Source: Phyllosticta citribraziliensis
Lineage: Eukaryota
Length of the DNA: 64,000 bases
Assembly: GCF_038025025.1 (NCBI RefSeq)
Contig: NW_027117338.1
Coordinates: 682,001-746,000 of the forward strand
Direction of reading: 5' to 3'
Of this stretch, positions 12,021 through 27,244 are shown in pieces. A program made the position numbers and the translations under genes. The notes below the pieces were generated by a model. The model was not told where the DNA came from. It made no database searches and worked only from the letters and a program-made list of their open reading frames with translations. Position 1 is the stretch's first letter. Each line of letters starts with the position of its first letter.

Positions 12021-14897
12021 CTACTCAACAGGCTCGTCCTCAAGCAACCTGCTGAACGAAAACGGCTCAAACGGCACGCCGTCGCCAACAAAGTGCTTGC
12101 TCATGGCCTCGACCCAGTGCAGACGCAGCGAGTGCAGCATGGCCGACGTACCTTCCATGATGCAAAGGACAAAAACGGTGAGGACGAACCACAGGTAAAA
12201 GAGGCAAACGGTGGCGATGATGCCGATGGCGCCAGTTTGGTTAAACGCAATGGCAATGGTCATCTGCCACAAGACGATGCTGAGACGCTGGTGAGCAAGC
12301 GACAGCGCCCACAGACGCAGGTACGATGCCGTGTGCGACACGCAGTTGAGACAGAATTCTGCCAGTGTTAGTCAAGGCTAAACTGAAAAGGACAGGGTTT
12401 CATCTTACCGATGGTGTGAATGACTTGGTGGATCATGACTTCGGAGAATTCAAACTCCTCGTGCTCGTGGTCACCGCCGACGTCCTGTGCAATGAGAGCG
12501 ACACCCTCTTCATCGTCTGCAAAGCTCTCACGACCACCATTCAGTTGCTGGTGCTCCTCGTCATCGTCCAAAGCGCTGACGCGACTGTGCTCGCCAAGCC
12601 CACGGTAGCCCTGGGCGCGCGCCTTGTTGTGCTCCCAGCGGAGGTAGAAAGGCTTCAAAAAGAGCATGATGGGCACCATGCAGACTGCGAGTAGGACCAA
12701 AATGACTTGCAGAGCGCCTTGGCCACTGTAGAGTGGGTCCTCGATCGTGCCAGGCGACAGGAACATGTAGATGAGCATGTTGAGCAGACCAGGAGGGTTC
12801 TTGCCGACAGCGTACCAGTCGACAGACCACTTGTAGACGATGGCAAAGACGAGGTATCCAAAGATGGACTGGAAAAAGACCATGCCAGGGATGAAGTTGC
12901 CCCAAATGTCAATCGGGGACTTGAAGTGGCGCGCGTTGATGTACGACAAGCAGAGCGAGTACGTCATGTGAGCCCACCCGAGCAAGATCGAGAGCTTCAT
13001 CTTGTAGCTGTTGGAGAACAAAAGGTCGTTCTCTGTGTCGTGCCATCTCCAGTCCAATCCGAAGGGGTAAGTGTAGCCCTCGACGCGAGTTGCTTCGACA
13101 CTGTCGCCCTCCTTGAAGTTTTCCGGCCACTCCCACATGGACTTGAAGAAGGGCAGCTCCTTGGAGAAAGCGTCGCAGTAGATGATTCCGGTGTACATGG
13201 AAAAGATACCCATCATGAGCATGATGTAACGACCGTAGAAAGCCATGGAGAACAATTCATCTTGCTTGCTGCGCAAGAGCGGCTTCTCAAAGTAGATCAT
13301 GGCAACAGCGGCAAGAGTCATGATCGCACCGTGGCCAAAGTCACCGAACATGACGGCGAACAAGAACGGGAACGTGACGAGGGTGGGGAGACCAGGATTG
13401 ACCTCCTTGTACTTGGCAGTACCATAGGCGTCGATGATGGTCTGGAAAGCAAGCGTGAACTTGTTCGTCTTGACGTACGTCGGCGGCGTTTTGGTCGTCT
13501 TGATCTGGTTGACAATGGTCGGCACAGACAAGCCAGCACGGTCGTTGACGTCTTGCAAGGTCGACTTGATCAGTGGAAGCGAGTTAGTCGGAGCCCAGGC
13601 TTCCGCGATCAAAGTCTTCCGCTGCTGGTCATACGAAAACCTGTTCAAGGTTTCGTAGACAGCCTTCTCCTTCTTGATAATGACCATCCAGGCGGCGAGA
13701 CTACGGCCAATGGCCGTCAGCTCAGCATCCAGAGTCTGCTTAGTGTTGCGGAGGACGGCGCTAAGATCGCTCAGCCTGCTGTTGACCTCATGGATCTGGT
13801 CACGGCGGAGGTCGCTGTTGTCATCCACGCTGTAGAGGTCGGCACCGAGAGACTCGGAGATCTTGCGAATCTTGGCAATGATCTCCTTGCCGTGGGCAAA
13901 GATGACGAAGACGTTCTTGTTGACGCCCTCGTTGGTCTCCGGGTTGATGATTTGCTCCGGAATTTCGGCTTGGTTCATGTACAAGTTGCCGCGCAGGGTC
14001 CGCCACAGGATGCGCTCAAAGGCGGCGATGCGCTCACGGGGAATGACACCAGCCACGAAGCCAATGTTCATGACGGAAAAGGATCGCTCGCCGACATCGC
14101 CGTTCTGGCCACGCTGTTCGACATCCTGGAGGAGCGGAGCATCATCACCATCCTCGTCGACAGAGTGGCGGATTTCGTCGGTTTGGCCGCGAGCCTGCAT
14201 GCATGTCAGTCACTTAGCGGGCAAACGCCATGGAGAAGCCTGTTCGTACCCTGTCGAAGAAGCCACCAGCCTCACGGAGCACCCATCTCCATTCCGTGAG
14301 TTCCACCTCGCGCTTCTTAAGCGTCTCATAGCTGTCGTTCAAACTGGCAATACGGCTCTCTAGGCTCTGGCAGCGATCGGACAGTTCGTCAATCTCGACG
14401 GCAGATGGCGCAGCCAGGGTGTTGGAGAATTCATAGACCGAGCGCATTGGGATGCCGGCCTTGTCCATTTGTGAATGGAAGTAACCTGTCACCCATGACA
14501 TTAGCTCGTGAGATCTCCAGAAAGTAGACCCGCCACTTACGAAGCTGGCGCTCCACATTGTCAAGCCTGCGGATCTCCTGCGTAAACGTGCGCTGGAAAG
14601 CTGTCGTCTCTGCGTTCAACTGTTTGCCATGCGTTAGCACCGGTCGACTTATCAATTTTCAATCCAAGCACCACGGCCGACAAGCTCTTCCCGCGTTCCA
14701 ACCTCCACCCGATTTGTTCTCCCATTCAGCGATCCGGGTCTGTGACAAGCACCCAGAGAAACACTCACATCGCGAAAGTCCATGACACCCAATTCACCCA
14801 GCGCACTGACAACCTCGCGCCCAATCTCATTCGAAATGTATAGCTGCGTCAACGACATGTCCGCCGAGCGGAACAGCGTATCCTTGGGGGGCGCCAT
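12021..14897 (-). CDS. VPH1: V-type H+-ATPase V0 subunit a, 5 exons
   Basis: [89 protein letters not shown] (essential Arg) and [10 protein letters not shown]. Four canonical introns. Confidence 0.98.
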
Positions 14898-16144
14898 GGT
14901 GGCGGCGGCAACGACGGCAAGGTCTCAATCGGCAGATGTGCCTCAATGCGTGTCGATGGCAGAGGCCAAGGCTGTCGTGAAGAAGGACGGCGGTGGGGTG
15001 GTAGGAATGTGCGGAAGATGGACGTCCCAAGTCGAGGTCCAAGTCGGGCGGTTGGGCGGTTCAGGCGGCCCGCCGGTCCAGGTACGGGGGAGGAGGTAGA
15101 TGGGGTGTCGGTGATCTCAGCGTCGACGACTCGAAGCGATGTCCCGGATGTCGAAGGCGGGGGGACGACAAGGTCTGATGGAGGACTGACGATGGCAGCT
15201 TGGCTGGCGGTGAAGTTGGCAGGTGGAAGCTGTCCGTCCAGGTCTGGCGTGCAATGGCTGTATTGCGGTCCGTGCCCTAGAACCGATGATGCGGCCGCTG
15301 GATGGGAGAGATTGGCATCACGTGACTGCTGCTTCAGGCTGGACAAATGCGAATCTTGATAAATTTGAGTGTCGACTCAGGCCCTAGACTTTAATCGAAC
15401 GACATGCGAAGAGCTCTTGAGCAGCTATGGCGTCGAGCTCGACTGTCCTACAAACTTCATGTCAAAAATCACAAACCTCTAACCCAAAAGACACACAGAC
15501 TAGCACCGTGCATGCATGGTAGTACTCCGTGGCCCCTGACAAAATCCATCACTCCCACTTTTGCCCTGACGTTCAACTCTTACTGCAAGGCCTAGGTCAA
15601 GGCCGACGCGACTGTCCAGTAAAAGCAGGGCGAGACGTTGGGACCAGGGACCATGGCATCATGTAAGGAGGTACTCCCCAGTTTCTCGAGCGACCATCCA
15701 TTCAGATCTTCCCTGCAAGCTAACTTTCGCTCCATCGCTGGTCTTCAACGTCAGTCAATCATCCCTTCCCAGAAAATATATAACCCAGAAGATAAAAATG
15801 ATCCGAAAACTCAGGACGACATCACTGCATGGCGTGCGCCGCCAGCATCTGGAAATTTGATGCGCTGCCATCCATCCGTCCATCCGTACATGTCAGCAAA
15901 TTAGAGGAGCTTGAAGGCTTGAAATACGAAAGAGAGAAAAACAGAGCGAAAAAGAACAAGACAAAAGCCTCCTGTCCATCGCGCTGGAAATGCATGCTCT
16001 ATCCCAGGCAGCCGTCGGACTCATGTTGCAACCGTCGTTGTCGTCGAAGGATATTAGCAAAATCAGCCAATGTGACCATAAATACCACTCCTAAGTCGTC
16101 ATGAAGCAGGCTCAGCAAAAAAAATTCCGGTTGAAAGAGTTGGT

Positions 16145-19100
16145 TCAGACAAGATCGACGTACGCGCCAAATTGCTCGACGAGCCATGGATCCAGTTCGT
16201 CGTCCTCGGCAGCAACAATGACGGTGCCATTGGCGGCAACCCTCGGTGCGGGTGGTGCTGCTTCTTCTACCACGGGAGTAGTCTTCTCTGTGGTGGGTGC
16301 TCCGTCATCGCGCAGGCTCGAGTCTCTCAACGGCTTCCTCCTCACTGTCGACTTGGTAGATTGCGACGCCGCAGTCTGCGGTCTGCTGTTTTCCTTGTCG
16401 TCTGGAAATTGGGTGTCTTGGACTTCATTCTTCTCACTCGGACTGCTGGTGCCGTTAAAGAAGAGCGACTTCTCCCGACTCGATGTTGGTTTGACTGACG
16501 TTGAGCTGACTGTTCTCTTGTGCACCTCCACGCCAGTCTGCGGCTCGTCCCGCGACTGACTGTCGGCGACTTGGGGCTGTCGAGAAACTGCGGGATCGTC
16601 GTAGTTTCCAGCCCACTCAAGACCCGCCATGACATGACCAAGGAGATCGTTGTTCTCCTGGAAAAAGGTGTCATCCTCGTCATGGTAGTTGGCCATGTCT
16701 GGATTCTGACTCGGCAAGTCCGCGGTCTCCCTGGCGTCAGATTCAGTCGTCACGTTTTTTTCGCGTGTTTCCGCTACCTCGTTTGGCAGCTGCAGGAAGG
16801 ATAGCTGAGGCAAGCTGTCTTTGTCGTAGGTGGTTTTAGTTTTCTTAAGCGTCAGACGCTGTGAAACAGGAGAGGTCTCGCTCAGCCGCCGCTTTCCTAG
16901 GGGCCCGGGCTGCCGAGAAGTCGGGCACTCCTGACGTGCATGGGCCGCTGCTCGGCTCGGCGCGCCTGTTAGGTCCATCCGCTCAATCCCGTTTGACATC
17001 TCGCCGCTTCTTTTCATTCCAAGAGGTAATTGCGTCAATCTAGACTGTGTCTTTGTCGATTTGTTGTTGCTGGCTCCATTCCTCGAGTTGTTCTTCTGCT
17101 CCGATGCAAGGAACTCATTGTTGCTATTGTTACCGTTGCTGATTGCCTTTGGTTGCTTTGGCATTTTGTCCAGTCCTTCGCGACAACACATGTGTTTGCA
17201 CGCGTTTTTGTCCTTGCACTTGTGGTTGCAGGCCCACTTGCCGTTTTCTAATTTTGTCGCTCGCCACTCGTGTTGCAAGGCCGGGGCTTGCTTTTTGCGG
17301 AGATTCGTGTCGGCACGCTTTCCCTTCTTTGTCGTCGGAACGCTCGAGGGCATGTTGTCCGCATAGTCCTCAATGTCCGACCAATCCTCACGCTTAGGCT
17401 TTCCAACTGCCTCCTCCAGGTCCGCATCGTCAAGGCCGCCATCATCAAACTCGTCACGGTTGGTGTCTGGATGACTCGGAGCCGGTTTCAAGCTCGCGGC
17501 TCGTCTCTTGCTGATGTTCATCTTCAGACGGGACTGGAGATGGGGCGGCAGCTCCGGTTGAATTGTCGCATACTTCATGGTACCGGCTGGCAGAATGTCA
17601 GTCAAGCTCCAACGGCATTCATCTGGACTACTGACCGATATCGTCACACATGACATAGCAGTTTATCGACTGATTCAAGCTCGTGAGATCTGCAGAGAAC
17701 AGCAATTGCTGGCCACTACCAAGCTTTTGTGCACTTGAAGTCGTTAGCAAAGTTCAAAAGAAGTGAAAAAGGACCAACCTGATTCTGCGAAAGTGCACCA
17801 TTTTACCGTCACACGTCTCTGCCAGCACACAAATGTACACTGGTTTCTTATTCCACTCTGTGGGTGGCTTCTCATTCATGACGCCGACATCAGCTTTCAT
17901 ATTCACTGTCACCACTTGGTCATCTCTGAGTTTCTGTTCAAAGTCAGCAATGTCAAGCGGAAAAGATGACCACCGGACTCACCATGTCGCGCATTTGCCG
18001 CAGACCGACTCGAAGTTTTGGAAATTTCGAAACAGTCTCCAGCAACTTGGTTCCAGCAGGTGGATTCTTGCCCAGAGTCATTTCCAGGCGATGAGGCTCG
18101 TTGTGGTCAAGCTCATCTATAGACTTGATGCCGGCGTTGACGAGTTTGCGCACGGCAACGGGGCCAATTGACGGGATTTGCCTCATTGTCAACGGCATAT
18201 CGTCCCATGCTCTGGAGGTGAGGCTTCGGCAAAACGCAAGAGCATTTCTTGCCGTTTTCGCATCTTCCCGGTACAGAGCGCAATCAATAATACACCGGAC
18301 AAGACGACGAGCATGCTGGAATACAACATGTTTGTCTAGCCCATACTGATTTTTTTGCACTCCAAATTCCTCGTTCAGCGGGAATTCGCCTCCACCCAAC
18401 TCAGTCTGGATAATCAACGATACCTTGTGCTCAGGTAGTGCTAGATTGACTGGTATGGGAAACTTGGTCGTGCTCGAAGCATTGAGAGATTTGTAGAGTG
18501 GCTTGTCACCCTGTCGGAATCGGACATCCTTGAACTCTTCAGCCTGGGAGAGTGCAGCAAGCTGCATAGGAAAGTCAGCGGATCGCATCGGTTTGAGCAG
18601 AGAAGAAGCTCACAATCTCGGAAGCCTTGGCCTCACGGCTCTCCACCAACCCAAGGAATCTTTTCATGGTTTCGAATCGAACGCAATATCTTGCCATGAT
18701 GTCCCCAAATTCTGTGACCTTCAGCTGTTCGTCGCCTTCCAAGAAGTCGTAATCTCTGAGCTGACTGATTCCGCGGCTGCAGATCTCGTCCAGGAATTCG
18801 TCAAGGTCCGGAGTTGGCTTGACTCCTTCAAGACTGTATCTTCGTGGGTTTTGCGGAAGCCGAACCGAGAGAAAGGTTCCAGACAACCACTTTCGAGCCG
18901 AGTAAACGTCGTTGATGGTGTCCAGGCTGATTTCCGCATTCTATGTTGGCGTCAGCAAAAGACTCGGGTGGGAAAGACACCGGACCTACCAGATGCTCAA
19001 TCAAATTCAGGTGCAGTGTGCTTTCCAGCACCTCTTGTCCCGACATCATTTGCTCGTACTTTCTGACCTTTTCAGTTCTGGTCATGATGACTGCAACAGC

Positions 19101-21095
19101 ACTGTCATCGAACTGCGGGCGACCAGCCCTTCCGAGCATTTGCATGATTTCGAGGTCAGAATATTCCTTCGGTCCTGAATTTGTGTAGCCGACGGTGTTC
19201 TTGATGATTACAAGGTGACAGGGCAGGTTGACGCCAACAGCAAGCGTTGACGTTGAGCAGATGACATTCAGATCTCCATTGAGGTAAGCCTTTTCCACTC
19301 CCTGCCTGTCGCTCAAGTCCAAACCAGCGTGATGATAGGCAACCCCAGAAGATGCGCAATCTGGACTCATGAGTCAGCAAGAGTATCAAGAGATACAGTA
19401 TGACTTACCCCGGAGCTGATGGTCTGCAAGAGGTGGTAGCTTCCTCGGTGGATCCCAGTAACGGTTTCGAGGGTTGCTCTCGGCCCACCATTTCGCAAGT
19501 GCTTTCGCAGATTGCTCGCAGGACTTTTTCGTGAAGCAAAACACCATGATCGGTTTCTTGTGCGAATATTTGGCAACAACTTGGGGGAGTCTTGACTGTC
19601 AGTATTTTCTCCGAAGATTTGATGACTTTGCTCACTTGCTGTTCAAGACGCTGTCAAAGCTGTAATCATTGTAGGCGTTTGAATAACCAACAACATGCTT
19701 TTGAAGCGGCACTGGTCGGAACCCCTCTCCAAAGCGCTCTTTTACCGCTGGTTGATTTTGATTCTGTGGATTGCGCCCGAGCCAAGTCGCAATGTCTGCA
19801 AAATTGGGCACTGTTGCAGACACAGCAACGAAGCGAACATCCGAGCCAACCGATTTCATACGGGAGACAACGACCTCTAGCGTTGCGCCGCGATCCTCCT
19901 TCAGTATGTGGACCTCGTCGATGAGAAAGAGTTTTACCAACTGCATGAGCTTTGCATGGTCCTTCCATTTGCGGGTCATGCTATCCCATTTCTCGGGAGT
20001 AGTGACGATGATGTCTGCTGTTTGCACCTCACGAGTGTTGTCCTGGGTAGTATCCCCAGTAAGCTCCTCCACTTTGAGGCCAAGAGGCTCCAACTTTTTC
20101 TTCCAATCTCGTTGCCTCTCAGAACAGAGGGCCTTTGTTGGAGCTTGGTAAACTCCCTTGAACGAACCATTGGGGAAACTCATCATCAGCCGCAGAATTG
20201 CGAGTTCAAAAATCACTGTCTTGCCGCTGCCAGTGGGAGCACTGATCACGAAATTGTCACTCGTCTTGTAAATTGCCTCGAAACTTTTTGATTGAATGGC
20301 ATTGAACATCGGAAATGGAAATATTGTACGGAAACGGTCGGGAAGCTCCTGGGTGGAGATGAGCTGGATGCCCTGGACGATTGGAGTAGAGCTTGTCGCA
20401 GACGCCCTTGGTCTTGATGATGTGGCAGCTTGCCTAGCATCGTGGCCATGACGGACAAGATGACCATCATCCTTTGGTTTCCATTGGTCTGAAGGTGAAG
20501 GCTGAACTTGCCTCCGTTGACTGGCGCGGAAAGCCGGGCTCGATGGAATGTCCGAAGAGCATGTTTTGAGCTCTGGGGAGCGCTGATAGGTAAACTGAGC
20601 TGAAAAGAAAGGCCATTAGCAACTATCGACCGGCTGGGAGGGCTCGCTCACAAAAGCCAACGCTTTGGGATGGTTCCGGTGCTGGCTCTTGAAATTCTTG
20701 GATATCCAGCCGTGGTTCTCTCTCATGCATCGCGAGTGAACCCCTCGCAGGTGGTAGTGAGAGTCTTGCCCTTCCCTCTTGCGCCATGTGACTGCGATCA
20801 CTTTGCACTGCGCTCAGAAGCGCTCGGTCTGTGCAAATTAGTCTTGAACTCGTAATGAATCACGCTTGCCAGCCCACGTACCAAAGTCGTCGTAAATGAC
20901 ACCTTCCCGTCCCGAATATCCTGCATCGTCACCGAATCCCGAGGGATTGGAGTGAGAATGGTGCGCGTCGGCATAGCCGTAGTCGTCAGTGTAAGCCGGC
21001 TGCGTGGGCTGGGCGTGGTGTCGCTGTTCAAAGGGAACTTGAGACTGCATGTTGTCGAGCACGGCGAAGACGTCCGCCTCATCGTCAATCTCCAT
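16145..21095 (-). CDS. MER3: Meiotic DExH-box DNA helicase Mer3/HFM1 with Sec63 domain and C-terminal Cys/His cluster
   Basis: SAPTGSGKT, TPEKWDSMTRKWKD, DEVH, SAT, GVAYHHAGL, STSTLAVGVNLP, QMLGRAGRPQFD, a Sec63-like region and the Mer3-type CNHKCKDKNACKHMCCREG. Nine GT-AG introns keep the frame. The start codon (MEIDDEAD) is less certain. Confidence 0.93.
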
Positions 21096-21952
21096 GGTCG
21101 TTCACTTTGCTTGCCGCATGGAGTATTGGGCGACAGGAACGTAAAACGGAGAGGGTGGCGGGCACAGATGAAGAAGTGATGCTCGCGCGGCGATAGTCGG
21201 TGGAAAAGGGCGCGGATGTGAAGAAGAAGAAGAAGAGATTTCGATGAGGTGGGATGGGTGTGCTGAAATTCTCATGTGCGAGCTGAGTGAGAGGTGGGGT
21301 TGTGGGTAGAGTCAACAGTTGATCTGGAGAAAAGAGGAAGGAGGACACCCAGGCAGTGACTTCCCAATTTGAGCGTGTCGGTCGAGCGCACCCAGCAGCA
21401 GCCACACCTCCGCCACATCACAAAGATCGCAGGCATTGAGCACCAAACGATCATGCGTGAGAGATGACTTAATCGTCAAGGCATTCAATTCCTAGGTCGT
21501 CTACTTTGCCAGGGTGGAAAGTCCGTCGCACCCCATCATGCAGACCCACGCCGTTGGTCCCGTCCAATCCGAACTAAACTCCCATCAGTGTTCTAACAGT
21601 CCCTTCCAACTGCTCTCAGTCTTACCAAACCGTAAGCCCCGCCACAGTCTGAAGACCTCGAGTTTGTACAATGGTATGCTGCTACGAATCAAAACGCCAA
21701 CCAGTGCGTGCTTTCGACAAAGCCACACCGACCCACGACCACAACTTTCAACAAAAGATGCCTCCGCAGCTTGCCTCGGATTCTGGAGCGTGAATTGGCT
21801 CCTCCGTAGGGTCAAGAGCCACGTCCATTCTGCCCAAACCCAATCGTTGCACGAGCAATGACTAATTGTCGCAGGTGCTTTCATTTTGAGTTGCCTCATC
21901 CATTTAAATCTCACCGGCCGTCGTGGACCGTGTCTGTGCATGTACACCATTT

Positions 21953-23490
21953 TCAATCGTCCCTCTTCCAAGCCTGGCGCTCCATGGTTGGGGTTGTTGG
22001 TCTGCTCGTGCTGAGGCCCATGTCGCTTCGGCTAGGGGTTTTGAGATGTTGCTTGGATTGCTGAGCCGAGCCGTTGTCGCGGTCAACAATTGTCTTCTCG
22101 TACTCTGCTATCGCAATTGGCGGAGGCGGGCCAGCACGGCCATGACCGTCGTTTGCGCTGTATAACCAGGTGCTGAAGAGCACAATCGATGTACCGATGA
22201 CGTACTAGATGCAGGCGAAACTTTGTCAGAAGCCAAGGTGCCGAGGCCGTTGTGCTGGCGAGACAGGGTGCAAACTTACATGCTTGGTGATACTGAAATT
22301 GAAAAACCACACGCTCGCAAGGCAAGACATGATGATGCTGAAGCTGGTTGCAAAATTCTTGGCAATGTTGTCGGCGTAGGAAACGACCAATGCCACGACG
22401 ACGCCACCGATTGCCTGCATGCCAATGGCCAGCCACACAACCCAAGAGTAGCCAATGAAGAAGCCAAACTTGGCAATGTCTTCGCCGTCATTAAACATGA
22501 CGCCAAGGAACAAGGCTGGGAAAAGAGAGTAGAAGGAGAGTTGCACGTTCCGTATCCACAGGCTCGCATGCGTGTGGCTCTCCTTGAGGATCTTTTCAAA
22601 GTAGACGCCGGCCAGGCCAGACAGCACGCAGGCAGCAACGACGGCGAGTAGTCCCAGAGACGCATTGAGCTGCGGGTTGAGCCGCGCCACATCCTCGTCG
22701 ATCCCTTCGTATGTTGCGCTCCTCTTTGTCAAACCATGCGCTGTACGGCGCATCAACTGTTTCGCGGTGTCGGATCCGAGATCGCGCAGCTCCTCGATGC
22801 TGCGAGGCCAAAACAGGCGATTGCTCTCCTCGCGCAGGCTTTCCATGCTTGGTGCAGTGCGACCAGATGGCATCTGTACCACTGCAACGCCGACCATGAG
22901 GAGAACCAAACTGAGCCATTTGCGCAAGCACAAGCTCCGCCCGAGCAGCATGACGCTGAAGATGGCCGTCGTCAAAATCTTAAGTTGATAGGTGACTTGG
23001 AATGTAGCGGCGTCCAGATTGCTCACGGCAACGTATTGTAGTGTGTTTTGCAGGGTGTAAAGGAGCGCTGGCACGGCCATTTTCCAGCTGTCGCCTGCAA
23101 AGACGGCCGATGTCAAGGCGCTGAAGAGAGTCGTGGCGGGCGAGGTGGCTGGCAGCTGCGAAGATATTTCGTATAGTGCCATTGTGAGAGAAATGCATAG
23201 TTTGAGGACCTCGTTGAGGAAGACGGCGGTGCTGGTAAAGTATCGGCGTGGGCCAACGAGAGGCATGATGCGCGAATAGTGCATGATCTGGAATTTGTTA
23301 AATGATATGGGCAACAGAGCTCGAGTGGAATTACGCACAAGAATGAGGGCCGAGTTTTGAAAGGTCAACTGCAGTTGCTGTCAGCGTTGTCGTCGGGCAC
23401 TGGCGACGGGAGACGGACGGTGATGAGAGATATTGTGCGCAGCTGTACGCCTCCCCAAGAAGCTCCGCGGCGATCAGCCATGACGCCCAT
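21953..23490 (-). CDS. Nucleotide-sugar (UDP-galactose-type, SLC35A/Gms1-like) transporter, 4 exons
   Basis: LTFQNSALILIMHYSR, YFTSTAVFLNEVLKL, VPALLYTLQNTLQY, NLDAATFQVTYQLKILTTA, GLAGVYFEKILK, LWIRNVQL and YADNIAKNFATS. ATG at 23490 or 23481. Confidence 0.93.
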
Positions 23491-23836
23491 GATGCCTCTT
23501 CCCCGGCGGGACGGCTATGTGAAGGATGGGCGCAATTGTGGAAGAGGAGGAGGGGGAGAGCAGCGAGCGGTCGGGCGGAAGGCGAGGACGGTTTGTTGTT
23601 AAAGTGTGGAGGGAGTGGGAACAGACGCGCGGAAGGGAAGCTCGGACACAGGGACACGGACTTGGTGTTGCAAGCGGAGACAACCAAGAATCGAGGATCC
23701 GCCGTCTCTTGTCGCTTACAACACTTTTTGGTTCCTTTCCTTTTTTCTTTCGCAGCCAGTGTTTCGACGAGCTTACACGCCAACCTTTAAAAGTTGTGTC
23801 GCCTAGGAGCGGGCGACTGACTGACGGCCGCGGCCC

Positions 23837-23866
23837 GCACCAGCACCAGCACCAGCACCAGCACCA
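23837..23866. repeat. (GCACCA)5 hexanucleotide microsatellite
   Basis: Five perfect units, upstream of the nucleotide-sugar transporter. Confidence 0.9.
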
Positions 23867-24228
23867 CACGTCCGAGCCCGAGCGGGACCTGCGGTGGGCT
23901 GAGCTTTCCCCGGATTTTCAGCTGATGATGGAGACGACAAACACCTCTGGACATGTGCACATCGATCAGATCCTCCGTGCCTGAACATCACTTGCCGCTT
24001 ATCCACCCCACGCCGGTCTGCAGCTAACACCTTCCCCGCCGTCAGTCTTGTGTTAGGTCCCAGTTCGGTTGCTGTGCTGCATCACCTATGACGTCCCGTC
24101 CACTTTTGGCCAAGGAACCCGCGTTGCCGAGCGCAGATCGAGGCACCATCATGGCAAGGCCGCCAAGAAGCAACAACAAGAATCGCTTTACACATTACTA
24201 CTATATGCTGATTGATGCAAGATCTCGC

Positions 24229-25684
<1,456 letters not shown>

Positions 25685-26373
25685 GATGATCTCTGGATTG
25701 AATGGCAACAGGGCGAAGTTGTTGTTTTGTCTGTCGTGGAGACTGCGAGATAGGTTATCATGGCCATGGCAAGTTGCCACTAGCAGAGCCGAAAGTGGAG
25801 TACGCCTTGATCGGCTCGCTTATAGAAGAGCATAGAGGGTGTAGATACCGGGTGCCCGATCTCCACAAGGCAGTAATTGTTGCGTAAGGGGCACAGGGCG
25901 TGCGCAGCCCCCAATTGAGTATATAGGGCCAGTAGAAGGGAACGGCCGTCGCTGGGAGCTTCGATCAGGGATGTTCCATATTGGCCGGCCCGCAGACACA
26001 GGCACAACTTTGCATTCGCACCAGCCGTAAGCAGCGCATCAAAACTGCCGGCAACCTAATTGGTACCGACTGAACCAGAGTGGCGGGCCAGGACCAGGTC
26101 TGCGGAGAACGACAGGCGGATTGCACTGTCCTGTTGAGCCTTGCGGAAAATCCGAACTCTCCGATCCTTTGCAAACCGACGACTTCACGTACCACCGCAC
26201 GACGACGCGACGCCTCCGACCGGCCGTAAGAAGACCGTTTGGTGCGGAAACACGGGAGAATCAAAGGCGAAACCCCCATCGGTGGCCAAGACGCAAAGTC
26301 AGGTCGACTGCGCGCCACGATATCCGACGTCATCGTAACGCTGCGTGGCGGAGAACAATAACCGCCTCTAGCA

Positions 26374-27244
26374 ATGGTGCGCGTTCCCTCACCCGATGCT
26401 CAGAGCCTGAGTTTGTAATCGATCCGATCAGGGACCTTCTCTCGGCACCCAGCAACAGACCAAGTTGCTGTACCAGCATGATGACACGTTGACGGCGCAC
26501 ACGACGCGAGTTCTGGCCGTGTCGCGCGTGTCTGAGCTGCCAGACGATGACAAACCGCCAACCAAAGGAGGTCTCGTGGACGAATGGGTCGTCGAAACGG
26601 CTGAGACCCTCTTCTACGTCAAAGGAGGCGGGCAGCCCAGCGACACGGGCGTCATGGTGCGCGAAGGGGACGGCGTCTCTTTCGCCGTCTCTGCAGTGCT
26701 GCACGCAGCAACCGACGGAAGGGTCTTGCACTTTGGCCGCTTCTCCGACAGCACCTTCGGCCCGGGAGATGTTGTCAACCAAAAAATCGACGTTGACCTT
26801 CGCAACCTCCACTCGCGCATCCACGATGCCGGCCACATCGTGAGCCTCGCTGTGCGCGCCGTTGCGGCAGAAACTCCCGAGTTGAAAATTCAAGATCTCA
26901 AAGCTCAGCACTACCCAGGAGCAGCGCACGTCGAGTTCCAGGGTCTCATCGACGGCAAGTACAAGGATGCCATACAAGCCAAAGTCAACGCCATGCTGGA
27001 GCAAGACCTCCCCGTCAAAGTCTACTGGTGGACCGAAAAGGAGATGCGGGAGAAATGCGTCTTCGTGGCGGCCAATATGACAGCTCCCGAAGGCGAGCTA
27101 CTGCGGGCTGTCGACATTGAGAGCGCTGGCGCCTACCCCTGCGGCGGGACGCACGTCGCGTCTACGAAGCTGTGTGGAAAGGTTGTAGTACGCAAGATTA
27201 GCAGAAGCAAGGGCAACAGCAGAATCTCGTATGAGGTTCAGTGA
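26374..27244 (+). CDS. Free-standing AlaX-type alanyl-tRNA editing protein (about 271 aa)
   Basis: TLFYVKGGGQPSDTG, zinc ligands HxxxH (IHDAGH) and CxxxH (PCGGTHV), ending RISYEV. Proposed start: ATG 26374-26376 followed directly by intron 26377-26431 (GTGCGC...CAG), in frame with the main ORF. Confidence 0.88.

Noticed and set aside
12707..14299. 530-aa + strand ORF and similar long antisense ORFs over the P450, thiolase, RPS6, DIC1 and ERG9
   Set aside because: Shadow ORFs produced by GC3-biased codon usage on the opposite strand; they carry no motifs.
16145..21095. Non-canonical, meiosis-regulated splice site as in budding-yeast MER3
   Set aside because: All introns I reconstructed are GT-AG with ordinary donors.
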